Source: Octopus sinensis (Eukaryota). Taken from it: DNA of 64,000 nt. The notes under the pieces were generated by a model that saw only the letters and a list, made by a program, of their open reading frames with translations, made no database searches and was not told the origin of the DNA. The stretch is from NCBI RefSeq assembly GCF_006345805.1, contig NC_043006.1:23746001-23810000 (forward strand), in the 5' to 3' direction. This document shows positions 51,296 through 64,000 of the stretch, in pieces. The translations under genes and the position numbers were made by a program. Position 1 is the stretch's first letter. Each line of letters starts with the position of its first letter.

Positions 51296-54200
51296 GTTAT
51301 TATTATTATTTGCTTCAACCATTAGACCCCAGAAATACTGGGGCGCAGCCTTGAATGATTTTAGTCAGTCAGATCAACCCTAACACTTGGGGTTTTTTTT
51401 TTTTAATTCTTTTAAAGTCTGATACATATATTACTGGTCTTTTTAACTGAAGTACTGGGTTATAGGACATAAACAAACCAACACCAGTTGTCAAGTGGTG
51501 GAAGGTGTGACATAAACACACACACACACACACACACCTTTTATTTTTGACTCAATGCACTCATTGAACTGAAGCTGTGCTGGGGCACTGCCTTGCATCA
51601 TTTCAGCTTTAAAAAAAATATTTAACACACTTATAAATGTATCTGTGTGTGTTTGCATGTGTGCATACATGCATGTGTGTGGTATTCCTGATAAATACAA
51701 TCATGTTTTATCATATGTACACGCACAAATGTACATACACATGTACACATATACACCCAGTATGTAACACAAAATCCTTTAATCTCACAAATCCCAAACA
51801 TATTCTCTAAACCGACAACTTTACACAATTTAAATCAAGTGTGGAAAATTGAAACACAAACACCATCAACATGAGTCGCCACGTGCTGTACCACTTAACT
51901 TTACCACTAGAAACAGCAGCTAAATCCTCACATGACACTTGATCAGATTATAAACACCACATGGAGAAATGTTATTCTAGAGATAAAAAAATATTGTTTC
52001 TTGAATGTTGTGGTTCTGGGTTCTCTGTGAGTTGGAAAAAAAGCAGGATGGTCATGGTTGGAATTCACTTTATCACAAGTATGCTTGATCAGGACAGACC
52101 TGGGGTTAAACAACCACCAGCACTACCACCAAACCATCACCAAACACCACATGAGGCCAACAGAAGAGCCCTACATGGTCGCTTGGTTCGTTAGAAATAG
52201 CAGCTAAATCTTCCTGAAAGTCACACCCAACAGACTTATAAAGGAAGGACATATGGGAAAACAGTCCGGAATTTCGAATGCCTAGATAAAAGATGTGAAT
52301 ACCATTGACCACAGGTCTGCTCGATCAGGACTAACTTAGGGTTAAAGAAGCTCCTTTAACTTCTATCACTGCTGTCGCTATCCACGACCACCACCACTGC
52401 AAGTGATAACAATAATCTTTTAATTAAACAGTTCTTTATGTAACCCATTTACAGCTAGGTGGGGTGAGCCAGCAGGAGTTAAGTGCCTTGTCCTTGGACA
52501 CAATGACGTCAAGGATGAGAGGATACACACATCGTCTGCTGTTCTGGGTCAGTGACCCAACACCTTATTGAACTGGCCAGCTGCAGCACAGACGACGATG
52601 ACAGTAACGATAATGATGAAAATGAATGGAAGGGTTTGTAATGATGATTATGATGATGGTGGTGATGGGTTAAGGTTATGTTAAGGTGATGATGGTGATG
52701 ATAATTATAGAGAGTAATGTAATGACAATTATGATGGAGACAGACAGAAAAAAAGTAAAGAGATTTTGTGACGTTCATGCTTTCTCTAACAAGCTTTTAC
52801 AAGAAACTGAAATGAAGTGAAACCACAACAGTATGGAAGGTATTCAAACCATTAAGACCATCATCATCATCATTTCTACCATTGCAACTATCATCATCAT
52901 CAATATTCTATACCATTGCAACTATCATCATCATCATCTATACCATTGCATTCATCATTAACATCATCATCATGGCTACAATGAAGATAACACTGATTAC
53001 AATTAGCAACGGTGATAACAACAACAACAGTGTAATCCTGTTAAGATGACACGCAGCATCAATGTTGGATCTCTCTCCAACCTGTAATTATCATCACAAA
53101 TTGCAGACAAGGCTGCCCAAAATTAACCAGCAATGCTGACAAACACACACACAGATAGACAGGATGTGACATGTGAATAGAGCAGTAGTGAGAGGTGATG
53201 TTGCAGTGAGGAGGAGGAGGAGGGAAGAGATTATCAAATCTACTTTATTGTTATTATTATTATTATTATTATGATCATCATCATCATCATCACTAAGTTG
53301 TTGAGGTGGCAGAACCATTTTGAGTTCAAATGCTGCAGGGGTCAATTTTTGTCTTTCATCTTTTCAGTGGGGGTTAAATAAGTACCAGTAAAGTACTGAG
53401 GTCAATGTAATCTACTTCCACTCCCTTCAAAAACTGATGGGCCTGTGCTGCTAAAATTTGAGATTATTATTGTTACTACCACACCCAGTAATTAAGGTAA
53501 CAAGCTGGCAAACACGTTAGTGCACTAGACGAGATGCTTAGAGGTATTTCACCCATCACTATGCTCCGGGTTCAAATTCCGCCGAGGTTAACTTTGCCTT
53601 TCATCCTTTCGGGGTCAATAAATTAAGTACCAGTGAAACACTGGGGTTGATGTAATCTTTCCCCCACCAAAATTTCAGGCCTTATGCCTTTAGTAGAAAG
53701 GACTATTATATCTAGTCGTAGTAGTAGTAGTAGTAGTAGTATCAGCAGCAGTATTCACAGTCACAACTGAGTGCGTGTCAATGGTTCAAATCCCATTGAT
53801 ACCAATAGCAGAGATAGGAATGGTATGGAGTTATCTCCCTCTACATTCTGATCTGCCCTCCAATACCATGGATGATGCAACACCACCACCACCATCAAAC
53901 TATTGGACAATCAGGACATGCAATGGACATAGTTCACCCCAGCAAATTCATCAGTCATTGACCTGATCAGTTTTATCTTTTACTTGTTTCAATCATTAGA
54001 CTGTGGCCATGCTGGGGTACTGCCAACCTCTATAGCATTATTTTCATTAAGCCTGGTACTTATTTTATCAGTTTTTTTTTCTGCTGAACTGTTAAGTTAC
54101 AGGTACATAAGCCAACACCAGTTATGAAACAGGAGGAGGGGTGGGAAAAACACAGACATAAAGAGTCACACACACACACAATCATCATCATCATTTAAGC

Positions 54201-54733
54201 ATGTTCAGATGGTGCTCTTTACATACCACCGGCACAGGGAGCCAGTCAGGCGGCACTGGCAACAACCTACGCATGAATTGTGTTTGAGAGCCAGTCAACT
54301 ACAATTTCCATTTGATTGTGATTGGATTTTTGATTTTACTTGACTCAATAGGTCTCCTCAAGCACAGCATGTCGCCCAACAATTCAAAGGTACTTTTTAA
54401 ATAGGGTTCTTATGTGACACTGGTATAGGCTACAACTGTGATCTCACTTTACTTACCGGGTCTTCTCATGATAAGAAACTTGGATGTTAACATTCCTTTT
54501 AAGAGGGATTTATATCCTCAAAATAACATATATATATATATATATATATTTAACATCCGTTTTCCATGCTAGCATGCGTTGGGCGGTTTGACTGAGGCCT
54601 GGTGAGCCAGCAGCTGCACCAGGCTCCCTTCTGATCTAGCAATGTTTCTACAGCTGGATGCCAGCCACTTTACAGGTATGTAGTGGGTACTTTTTATGTG
54701 CCACCAGCACAGGAGCCAGTGAGGAGGAGGAGG

Positions 54734-54779
<46 letters not shown>

Positions 54780-54784
54780 GTGTG

Positions 54785-54815
<31 letters not shown>

Positions 54816-55679
54816 ATGACAAGCTTCTTTCAGTTTCCGTCTACCACATCCAATCCACTCACAAGGCTTTGTTGAGTCCAAGGTTATAGTGGAAGACACT
54901 TGCCCAAGGTGTCACGCGGTGGGACTGAACCCAGCACCATGTGGTAGGGAAGCAAACTCCTTACTCCATGGCCACACCTGCGCCAATGTCACAATATAAT
55001 CACAAACATGAGAAAAGTGGGGGAGGGGCAAAAAAAACAATGAAATTGTGACAGCTGAAACACCTTGATTATATGTCTGCCTGGTCAGAAACTGACCTAG
55101 GGTTAAACAACAAAAACAGACATAAAAATACCAGATTGGTTAATGAAGGAAGAAAACAATACAGCTGTGGCTAAAAGTTTGGAAAGTAAGTCTGAAAATT
55201 AGAATTTTTATATAAAATGCCTAAAGTAATATTTAAATTGAATTGTACTTGGAGATAATTTTAATTTTTTTCCTAAATGTTCCAAATTTTTGACCATGAG
55301 TATGTCTGCCACATTGTGTACATAGCATAATCCTCAATAGGTAGAGTGAGAGGATAACTAAAACAATGATTGTTCTTTGGGTACCATTTATTATCATCAT
55401 CATCATCTTTGTTCTAATGTCCAGTTTTGCATGGGTCGAATGGAATTTGTTGAGACAGATTCTTCTGCAGCCGAATGGCTCTCCATTGTCAACTTCACCC
55501 GTTTCCATGGCCCAAATATGTTTTTCCACAGAGGATTGGAACCGAACAACACTACTTGTATGGCAATGATGCTCATTTACAACTATCATGTGATTCCACA
55601 ACAAGGGGACACGCATACACATGGTTCTTTCTGCTTCTATCTACCAAATCCACCTGCAAGGCTTCCCTCAGTCTGGGGC

Positions 55680-56094
55680 TATAGATGACATTATCATCAT
55701 CATCACCATTGTTCAACCGTGGTCGAGACAATGGAATTTACCATGCTATGCCAGATTTCACGGTCCATCATAGCATTACGGAGGTCCTGTTGCTGGATGC
55801 CTGTATCCCTGGAGATTACATCAGGGTAGGAGAGTGTGTGCCCTCTGGTATTGCGAGTAGATGGCTTCCAGAGGAGAAGAGTAGAAATTGCCTCGTTTTC
55901 AGCTCTACAACAATGTCCAGCAAACTGGACTCTCCTACTTTTCACAAGAGATGACACAGGTGGTAGTTTCCCATATATTTGCATTTTGGTTGGATGACGC
56001 TTCCACGAGAGATTTTGAGCTCTCATAAGGAGACGAGTGTAGGTTCCATCCAACCGCCTCTCAAGCTTCTTTGATAATGTCCATATAGATGACA
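55680..56094 (-). mobile_element. 5'-truncated non-LTR retrotransposon (RTE/RTEX-like C-terminus) with 11-bp TSD, inserted in a SINE
   Basis: WTLSKKLERRLDGTYTRLLMRAQNLSW...RRVQFAGHC...LLWKP...DREIW, with a (TGA)n tail. TATAGATGACA at 55680-55690 and 56084-56094. SINE sequence continues on both sides. Confidence 0.85.
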
Positions 56095-57113
56095 AGTGGC
56101 CAAGGTACCATGCAGTGGAACTGAACTTGAGACCATGTGGTTGAGAAACCAACCTTTGTAGTTGACCGGTATTTTATCAAGCCTGGAAGGATGAAAGGCA
56201 AAGCTGACATTAGCAGGATTTGAACTCAGGGCATAAAGGGCAGTAACTAAATGCCACATGCATTTTTGTTTTTTCCTTGATGCTTTGCCAAATCACTGCA
56301 TTGGTCTATTTGATCCATGCTAACCTTCAGCACTACCACCAACACAACTAAAACTAATGCCAACAACAGCACCACTATCAACACTTGTACTAAAAACACA
56401 ATCACTTGCAACATCACCACCACCACCAACAACATCAACAACAACAACAATATTATCAACAGACTTAAAGACTTAAAGTAACCCCAGAGTCAACTATCAC
56501 CTCTCTCACCAGAAACAAACAAAAACCTGTCTTCACACTCATCAACAGCATCATTTCTTCATTCAACAGCTGTTTCAAGAAGCTCAGATTTATGTAATAA
56601 TCATCATCAATCATTTAAAGTTCATGTTCCATGTTGGCATGGGTTAGATGGTCCAACAGCATATGACGGGCCCAAAGACTTCATCACACTCTAGTATGTG
56701 CTTTGACATGGTTTCTACAATGAGGTGCCCTTCCTAACACAAACCACGTTACCACATGGAACTGGGTGCTTTTTTTCTTGTGCCACTAGCACTTATGAGG
56801 TCACCATGAAGATCATAAGACTATAGACCCTAATAGGGGGACAATTTTATGCTAGGAAACTGAGGGGGGGGGCCAGGGCAGAATAGTTTTCTTATTGTAG
56901 AGGAGCTACATGGCTATTCACATTTTAGAAGAGAAGCAGGAGGAGCTGGAAAGGGATATAAGTGGTGAATAGACCATCAAGGTACAAGGTGGATAGCAAT
57001 GAATGGGGAGTCGTGCCAGAAGTGAAAGGGTGGAGTAGGAAATGTCTGATAAAGTGAGACTGCAGAATAGAATTATATATATATATATATATAGCGACGT
57101 ATGTACACTTTGT

Positions 57114-57151
<38 letters not shown>

Positions 57152-57153
<2 letters not shown>

Positions 57154-57523
57154 CTAGCAGTATCGCCCGGCGTTGCTCGGGTTTGTAAGGGAAATAACTA
57201 TAAAGCATTTTTAGAGAGTTATAGCCAAAAAATGGGGAAAAAATTATGGTAAATTTTTTTTTAGTTAAAAAGGTCGAGTTGCGTCCCCTAGACAGTCTGT
57301 GGTTTGTGTTTCTGATTCTCGACCCCATGTCGAATTTATCGATTTTTTTCAGAACTGGGGGGACTTTTCAAAATTTTCGCTGCGTTAGTTTTGAATTATG
57401 ACATTGGGCTATGTGTGTGTCAAGTTTCATCAGAATCGGTTGAAAGCCGTGGTCAGGGTGAGGGTACAACCTAACAGACACACAGAAACACACACAGACA
57501 AACTGCCGTTTATATAGAGAGAG

Positions 57524-57525
<2 letters not shown>
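57152..57525 (+). mobile_element. Non-autonomous Helitron/HINE-like element in a (TA)n site
   Basis: Start ACTAGCAGTATCGCCCGGCGTTGCTCGGG, internal CAAGTTTCATCAGAATCGG, end acagacaaactgccgtttatatag. This is the typical Lep1/HINE layout. CpG-rich, so probably young. Confidence 0.65.
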
Positions 57526-57571
<46 letters not shown>

Positions 57572-58284
57572 ACACATACAAACATTAATCAAAGCATACA
57601 TTATTATAGATCCATTGCAATCTTATAAGTCAATCTTATAAGTTTCACACTGGATATTAGGTAACCGGATATTAGATAACAGGTTGGTTAATAGATACCA
57701 TGTGCTCTTCAGGGATGGCAGATATGGTAAAAATGTCATATCCAGCTTCTAGGCATTGTGCAAAATGACAAAATGAAGTTGTGAGACACAAATGAATAAA
57801 GGTCTATTGAGTGGTCCCTAGGTTGTAATGCAAGAATTTGAAAGTATATGCAGGAGAGGGGTGGTATGTGTGTAGAGGGTTTTTAATTTTAGAGAGGCAG
57901 GTGCCCAAACCTTTAAGCCCATGTTTGGGTTCATTTGTGCATATTTTGGTTAAATACTTTGTTGGATTTTCAGGATGTGATGACAATAGAGATTCCATCT
58001 ATCAAATTCACTCACAGAGCTTTGGTTGGCCTGGTGCTAAAGTAAAAGAAACTTGTTCAAGGTACCATGCAATGGAACTGAACCTGGAACCAAGTAGCAG
58101 GGAAGTATTTTCACTACACACCTGTGTAGTGCAAATATTATATATTTCCATTAATCTTAGATTATTAAGGTTAGAGTTCTTATTCAATACTGTAGCATTG
58201 TATCACTGAAAACTGGTATTTTTGGAGTGAATTCTGACAAAAAAACTAGCAACTATGTCTGTTACTTGTCACCTTTGGCTTCCT

Positions 58285-58500
58285 TTAACCCTTTCATTAC
58301 CAACCCAGCTGAAACTGCCTCTGGCTCTGTACTACAAATGCCTTGTTTTCATAAGTTTGAATCCACCAAACCTTAGTCACAAATTATGTTCCTAACACCA
58401 GCTTAATGACAACTGAGTTATTTTACTAAATTCTTTGTTATATTTAAAATTAATTGAAAGAAACAGAGAGCATCTCAAAATATAGTAACAAAAGGGTTAA
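58285..58500 (-). mobile_element. piggyBac-like MITE, same family, reverse orientation
   Basis: TTAACCCTTT...AAAGGGTTAA; body is the reverse complement of 395-616. Confidence 0.82.
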
Positions 58501-59214
58501 AATATACAGTTAGACTTCATAAATCAAAGACAAAATTCTTAGCAATGATGAAACACAAATTCCTGAAGCATTCCATACTTTTTAAGAAGTGTAGGCATAG
58601 CTGTGAGGTTAAGTTCAGTCCCAGGCAAGTACCTTCTGCTATCGCCATGGGTTGACCAAGGCCTCATGAGTGAATTTGGAAGACAGAAACTGTATGGAAA
58701 TCCATTAAATGTGTGTGTGTATGTGTGTCTGTCTGTGTTTGTCACCCACCATCCAGTTTCACAACCTCTATTGGTTTGTTTACTTCCCCATAACTTAGTG
58801 GTCCCTCAAAAGAGACTGATAAAAGAAGTACCAGACTTTTAAAAAGATTTAAAAAAAACACAAGAACTGGAACCAAGTCTGTTTGACAAAACCCTTCAAG
58901 ACAAAACCCCCAGCAGGATAGTAGTCTAGGAATTGATACAAGTGAAAGATAAAAGATAGAATGAAGGATCGGAGAAGTGAATATAAGAACAATGTGAACC
59001 CGAAACCCACTAACAGGTAGTTCAAAATGTTAACCAGTTGGCCTGCATGCTTTCCTATTATTTAGTAGCAGTATTGATGTAGAAAATTCAACACCCACTG
59101 CTCTGACATTGTAGGGTCTGCTGTGACTCAACCTCTTGAAAATACATGCAGCCTCATTTATCCCTGATTCAATCATCAATGATCCTAGAGAAACAAGGTA
59201 CATTCAACTGTGAA

Positions 59215-59650
59215 CATCGTTTAACGTCCACTTTCGATGCTAGCATGGGTTGGATGGTTTGACTGAGGGTTAGCAGGCCGGCAGGCTGCACCAGGCTCCA
59301 ATCTGATCTGGCAAGGTTTCTACAGCTGGATGCCCTTCTTAACACCAACCACTCTGAGAGTGGTGTAGCGACTTTTTATGTGCCACCGGCATGAGAGCCA
59401 GTAAGGCAGTACTGGCATCGACCTCGCTTGAATGGTGCTTTTTATGTGCCACCGGCACGAGGGCCAGTAAGGTGGTACTGGCATCAACCATGCTTGAACA
59501 GTGCTTTTTACATGCCACCGGCACTGGACCCAGAAAAGCGATACTGGCATCGACCATGCTCAAATGGTGCTTTTTACATACCATCAGCACAGGAGCCAGT
59601 CAGGCGACACTGGAAATGACCACGCTTGAATGGTACTTTTTACATGCCAC
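59215..59650 (-). mobile_element. RTE 3'-UTR fragment with internal minisatellite; similar fragments ~17150-17520, 19700-20010, 22150-22470, 23840-24080, 36580-36960, 38230-38540, 46530-46960, 54550-54720, 61080-61290
   Basis: All share gtttaacgtcc...ctggatgcccttcctaac with the tail of the LINE at 7080-8113 and carry variable numbers of ~40-65-bp ggtgctttttacgtgccaccggcac units. Confidence 0.8.
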
Positions 59651-60934
59651 TGGCACTGTTATGTTTATCACATACTGATCTGTGGCAACATGGCTCAATC
59701 ATCATTCAAAAATTGAGCTTGAACTGCAAAAGTGCAACCCAGCAACCAGCCATAATACTCAGCTATCTAGAAGTTGTAAATGAGTGCCACTGTCACAAAA
59801 GCAGTGCTATTCATTTCTAATATTCGGCTAAAAAACATATCTGGCTATGAAGAAAGATCGCCTTGCTTAGAAACAGGTGAGGATTGGTGACAGGAAGGGC
59901 ATCTAGCCATAGAAAACAAGAATGCTTCAATAAACTTCGTCTAACCCATGCAAACACAGAAAAGTGGATGTTAAAACGATGACGATGATCCAGGTACAAA
60001 GCCCAAAATTTAAGGTGAAGGTGTGGTTGATTAAGCCAAGTGCAGTACTTAACTGGTACACAAATTTATCAAACCAAGAAGATGAAAGGCAGCTCTACAC
60101 ACCTGAACTGAGGCTACACACCTGATCTCAATAGACCCAATATATACATTGTGTTTGCAAGCACAACCAATTCAACAACCGACCACCTGAATAATAAATG
60201 AATGCTTCTGATATGTACACAATCTATGTGAATGGTTCATCTGGTTTCAACAGTGTGTTTTCCAGCTGTTCAATCAATTGAACAATCTGATCATTGAATT
60301 ATAGTAGAACTGGTTGAATATATCACACACACATGTACCATTAAGAATCAGTGTGTCACAGGGTGTAGTTGGCTGAGTATTCCACATGTGCCCTATGTAC
60401 CTTTTTATTTAACCATACAAGGATCAATAAAGGGCAAACTTTGTTGCTGGCCACAGCAATAATGGTAAACAGCCAGTCATACCAGATGTTATATGTTGGA
60501 GAATTCTGTGCCCTAATAGACAACAAAGACCACTCCCCTACATTGGTGTTATTGACGGGGACAAACAACATGTAAAGAGGATCAACCAAAGTTAATAAAA
60601 GACAGAGATTCTTGGTGATGTGTGGTGAAGTGCATTGCAATTGGGGCTATTTGAAGAAGTTTTCAGGTAGAACCAATGTGACATAATAAGTGTGTGTGTA
60701 TGTGTGTGTGTGTGTATAAAAAGAGGCCACCTGACCCTTTCAGTATAGGCACAGTTCATCTGAGGGATTTCCAACACATTTTGCTCCCAATCCAAATTTA
60801 CTCCCCAAGAGTTGGGTCAATTGACCCAAGGCTATGGTAAAAGATACAGGCCCAAGATGCTACACAGTGAAGTGAGACTGAGCTAAGGACTCGATTCACA
60901 TAAAGAAAACTTCTTAAACCCCTTAACCCTGCCT

Positions 60935-60984
<50 letters not shown>

Positions 60985-61488
60985 ACATAGACAGGGTTCA
61001 ATCCCATGGAATCAAAACTAAAATACAGTTAATCAAACAAAAATGGTCAATGCATTACGATTTAAAATAAATGAGCATGGTCATTGCCAGTGCCACCTGA
61101 CTGGCTCCCGTGCCGGTGGCATGTAAAAGGCACCCACTACACTCTTGGAGTGGTTGGAGTTAGGAAGGGCATCCAGCTGTAAAAACTTTGCCAGATCGGA
61201 TTGGAGCCTGGTGCAGCCTCCTGACTTGCCAGTCCTCAGTCAAGCCGTCCAACTCATACCAGCATGGAAAGCGGACGTTAAACGATGATGATAAGTAGTT
61301 TGACAGAGTGATGCAGAATACAAATAAATACACAAATATGGAGCTCAACATCATCATCATCAGCAACAACAACAACACATCATGAACTAACAGAGTTTCA
61401 GAACGATTACTTGATCTGCTAGAGACAACAAACAAATCTTCCTCAAATCATTCCTTACTGTTGGCTATTTATCAAGACTTGTTTTATG

Positions 61489-61568
61489 GGCATATGGCAT
61501 AGTGGTTAAGAGCATGGGCTACTAACCCCAAGATTCCGAGTTCAATTCCAGGCAGTGACCTGAATAAT
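61489..61568 (+). mobile_element. Isolated tRNA-like head of the same module
   Basis: ggcatatggcatagtggttaagagcatgggctactaaccccaagattccgagttcaattccaggcagtgacctgaataa; 3' part missing. Confidence 0.75.
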
Positions 61569-62042
61569 TTTTTCTTTTTTTTTTAAATCTTTAAAATGAC
61601 AAATTTGGTGGAGTAGTCCAAGATTCACTATGAGTGATATACAGACTGGGTGGTCACAACTGGAATGCTTCTGATTGAAACTGTATTGGAGATCAGGACT
61701 GATAAAGATGATCAACAACAACAACAACAAATAAAATCACCAACATACAACAATGACACAAACTAATGTGAGAAGCTCTCCAAGGTCACTCATTCTGCTT
61801 GAAATAGCAGCCAAATCAGCCTCAAATCACACCCTGCCATCTTAGAAAAAGGACAGAGATGCTAATGTAATCCTGCCTTCCTACACATAGAGAAAAAAAT
61901 AGGTTGGTCATGGTTGGAATGTCTTTAGTCACAGCTTTGCTTGAACAAGGTTGACATCACAACATCAGTAGCAGCAGGGAGAACTAACAACATAACAACA
62001 AGATACAACAGACACTGTACAACAATAACAGCAACAACTATG

Positions 62043-62143
<101 letters not shown>

Positions 62144-62238
62144 TGAAGAGGAATGAGAGACAGACAGACAGAGAAAGAGAGAGTGACATACACACATATG
62201 CAGTGACAAAGAGACAGACAGAGAAAGAAACAGAGAGA

Positions 62239-62490
62239 GACAGATGGACAGAGAGAAAGGCAGAGAGAACTAGAGAAAGAGGGAGACAAATGGACAGAGA
62301 GAAAGGCACAGAGAACTAAAGAAAGAGAGAGAGACAGATGGACAGAGAGAAAGGCACAGAGAACTAGAGAGAGAGAGAGAGAGAGAGACAGATGGAGAGA
62401 GAGAAAGGCACAGAGAACTAGAGAGAGAGAGAGAGAGAGAGACAGATGGACAGAGAGAAAGGCACAGAGAACTAGAGAGAGAGAGAGAAA
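62239..62490. repeat. ~50-bp VNTR, five copies (gacagatggacagagagaaaggcacagagaacta(ga)n), next to (AAT)n at 62040-62140
   Basis: Direct. Confidence 0.88.
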
Positions 62491-62942
62491 CAGACAGATA
62501 GACAGAGAGAGAGAGTGCTAGAATGTCAGAGAAAGATAAGAGCGAACGACTAACCATTTTCATATACCAATAGACTTTTGTGAAAGCTAAGATGGCTATC
62601 ATGCTTTGTTGGTAGCACCGATGATGGTGATGATGATGATGATGATGATGACACTGCTAAGGGGGTCCATTGCTGGCAGAACAGCATCACCATAAACATC
62701 GTTTGTCAACATCAATGTTATTATGGAGGACTCAACATGTGTGTTTTTAGTGGAGCTGAAGGTACAGGAGGAGGATGACGATGACGAGGAATGGGAAGAG
62801 CAGAGTGTGTGAGGCTTATGAGATATATATATATATATGTGTGTGAGATGGAAAGTGTGTGTGTGTGTATATATATATGTATAAATATGTAAACAACTTA
62901 TATATATATATATTTTCCGTGCGTATTTTCCGTTTTTATTTT

Positions 62943-62992
<50 letters not shown>

Positions 62993-63280
62993 AGTTGTTT
63001 ACATATTTATAATCCATGCAATTGTGTGTGTGTGTAAAATAAAGCTGATGAAATTGAGGTGTGAGTGTATCTTGTGTGTGTGTGGGTGTGTGTGTGTGTG
63101 TAAGTAAAAAAGAGGGAGGGAGGGAGTCAGACAGGTGTATATGTGTACATGTATATGTTCATGTAAATGAGAGATTGTAGATGTAAGTTAAGCCGAGTAT
63201 AATTAAGATTTAAATCAGTGTGTGTGTGTGAATAAGCAAACAAAAATTGAGAATTAGAGAGAGAGGAAAGTGGCAGTTAC

Positions 63281-63400
63281 CTTGTAGTGTGATGTGAGTT
63301 GGTCAAGATGTGCTTTATGCTGTTTGACAATCTGTGAGATGACCAGCTCCAGTTTGTGCTGCTGGTCCTCTGTAAGGTCCTTCCGCAGTTCATCCAGAAT
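63281..63400 (-). CDS. Coiled-coil gene (pericentrin/AKAP9-like), first exon in window, phase 0-0: ILDELRKDLTEDQQHKLELVISQIVKQHKAHLDQLTSHYK
   Basis: Acceptor aaacag|ATT, donor AAG|gtaact, 120 nt open frame, heptad-like composition. Splices in frame to 48953. Confidence 0.85.
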
Positions 63401-63731
63401 CTGTTTAATACATTTATAAAGAGAATGGTATATATATATATATACGTTGGACAAGTCTTTTTTTTTTCTTATTGTAGAGTATACAAATGAAACAGGTTAG
63501 GACTGTGTGTGTGAGTGCATGCCAGCACACACACACACACACACATAGAATGTCAGTGTGTACGCACTTGTGAAGACAAACTACTTATATAAATGTGTGT
63601 TTATATAATCATGCACACACATACACAAGCTATAGATGATAATTTCAATAATACAAATCTATTAGATAGAAGTCTATTGCACACAAGCACATGTCATGCC
63701 AAAACACAGGTGTATGTGCACTCCCCTCATA

Positions 63732-63772
<41 letters not shown>

Positions 63773-64000
63773 TATATAACATACATACATACATACATAC
63801 ATACATGCCAGCATTGGTAAGTGGGCGTAAAGTGAAAACAATATATGTACTTAAAATACAGAAGGAAAACCTCATCCATAATTAAAACTCACCAAACAGA
63901 CAAACACAGAGGAAAATCAGAACATGTTATACTTTTTATACTTATTGTGTTATTTTATTTACTTTATGGTTTCTGTCTTTTCATATTTTATGAATGGAGA

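Noticed and set aside
52504-52511. Second TGACGTCA site
   Set aside because: Isolated 8-mer in repeat-derived sequence with no supporting context.
60356-60640. ORF with FVPVNNTNVGEWSLL, faintly like a Ulp1/SENP8 motif
   Set aside because: The catalytic His is absent, there are no splice signals, and the match is too short.
60812-60829. Perfect palindrome TTGGGTCAATTGACCCAA (nuclear-receptor IR2-like)
   Set aside because: It lies in a decayed SINE segment whose consensus already contains ggtc..gaccc, so chance is sufficient.

Overview
Eukaryotic, AT-rich, repeat-saturated genomic DNA. The repeat landscape looks like that of an Octopus genome (inference from recalled repeat families, not a search). 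The window lies inside one minus-strand gene that I reconstructed by hand as 10 GT-AG exons with fully consistent phases: 63281-63400, 48704-48953, 45860-45942, 41506-41634, 16883-16957, 13329-13761, 11297-12406, 10464-10585, 2366-2771 and 4-233. These total 2958 nt (986 aa) and the gene is open at both ends. The product is a very long E/Q/K/L-rich coiled-coil protein with a 22-residue polyQ tract, plausibly pericentrin/AKAP9-like. Most ORFs in the supplied track are microsatellite or repeat artefacts. The introns hold tRNA-derived SINEs, RTE-type LINE 3' ends, Penelope-like element (PLE) relics, a Dong/R4-like 3' end, mariner/Tc1, piggyBac-like and hAT-like MITEs, and Helentron-type non-autonomous elements. 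The most interesting signal is a ~280-bp module lying directly downstream of a PLE GIY-YIG stop codon. It joins a tRNA-like Pol III head to a minimal type I hammerhead ribozyme and also occurs alone as inverted pairs, two of them flanked by target-site duplications. Other notable items are a decayed hammerhead core closing a ~70-bp hairpin, a twin-primed RTE insertion with a 12-bp TSD, and a mariner foldback.
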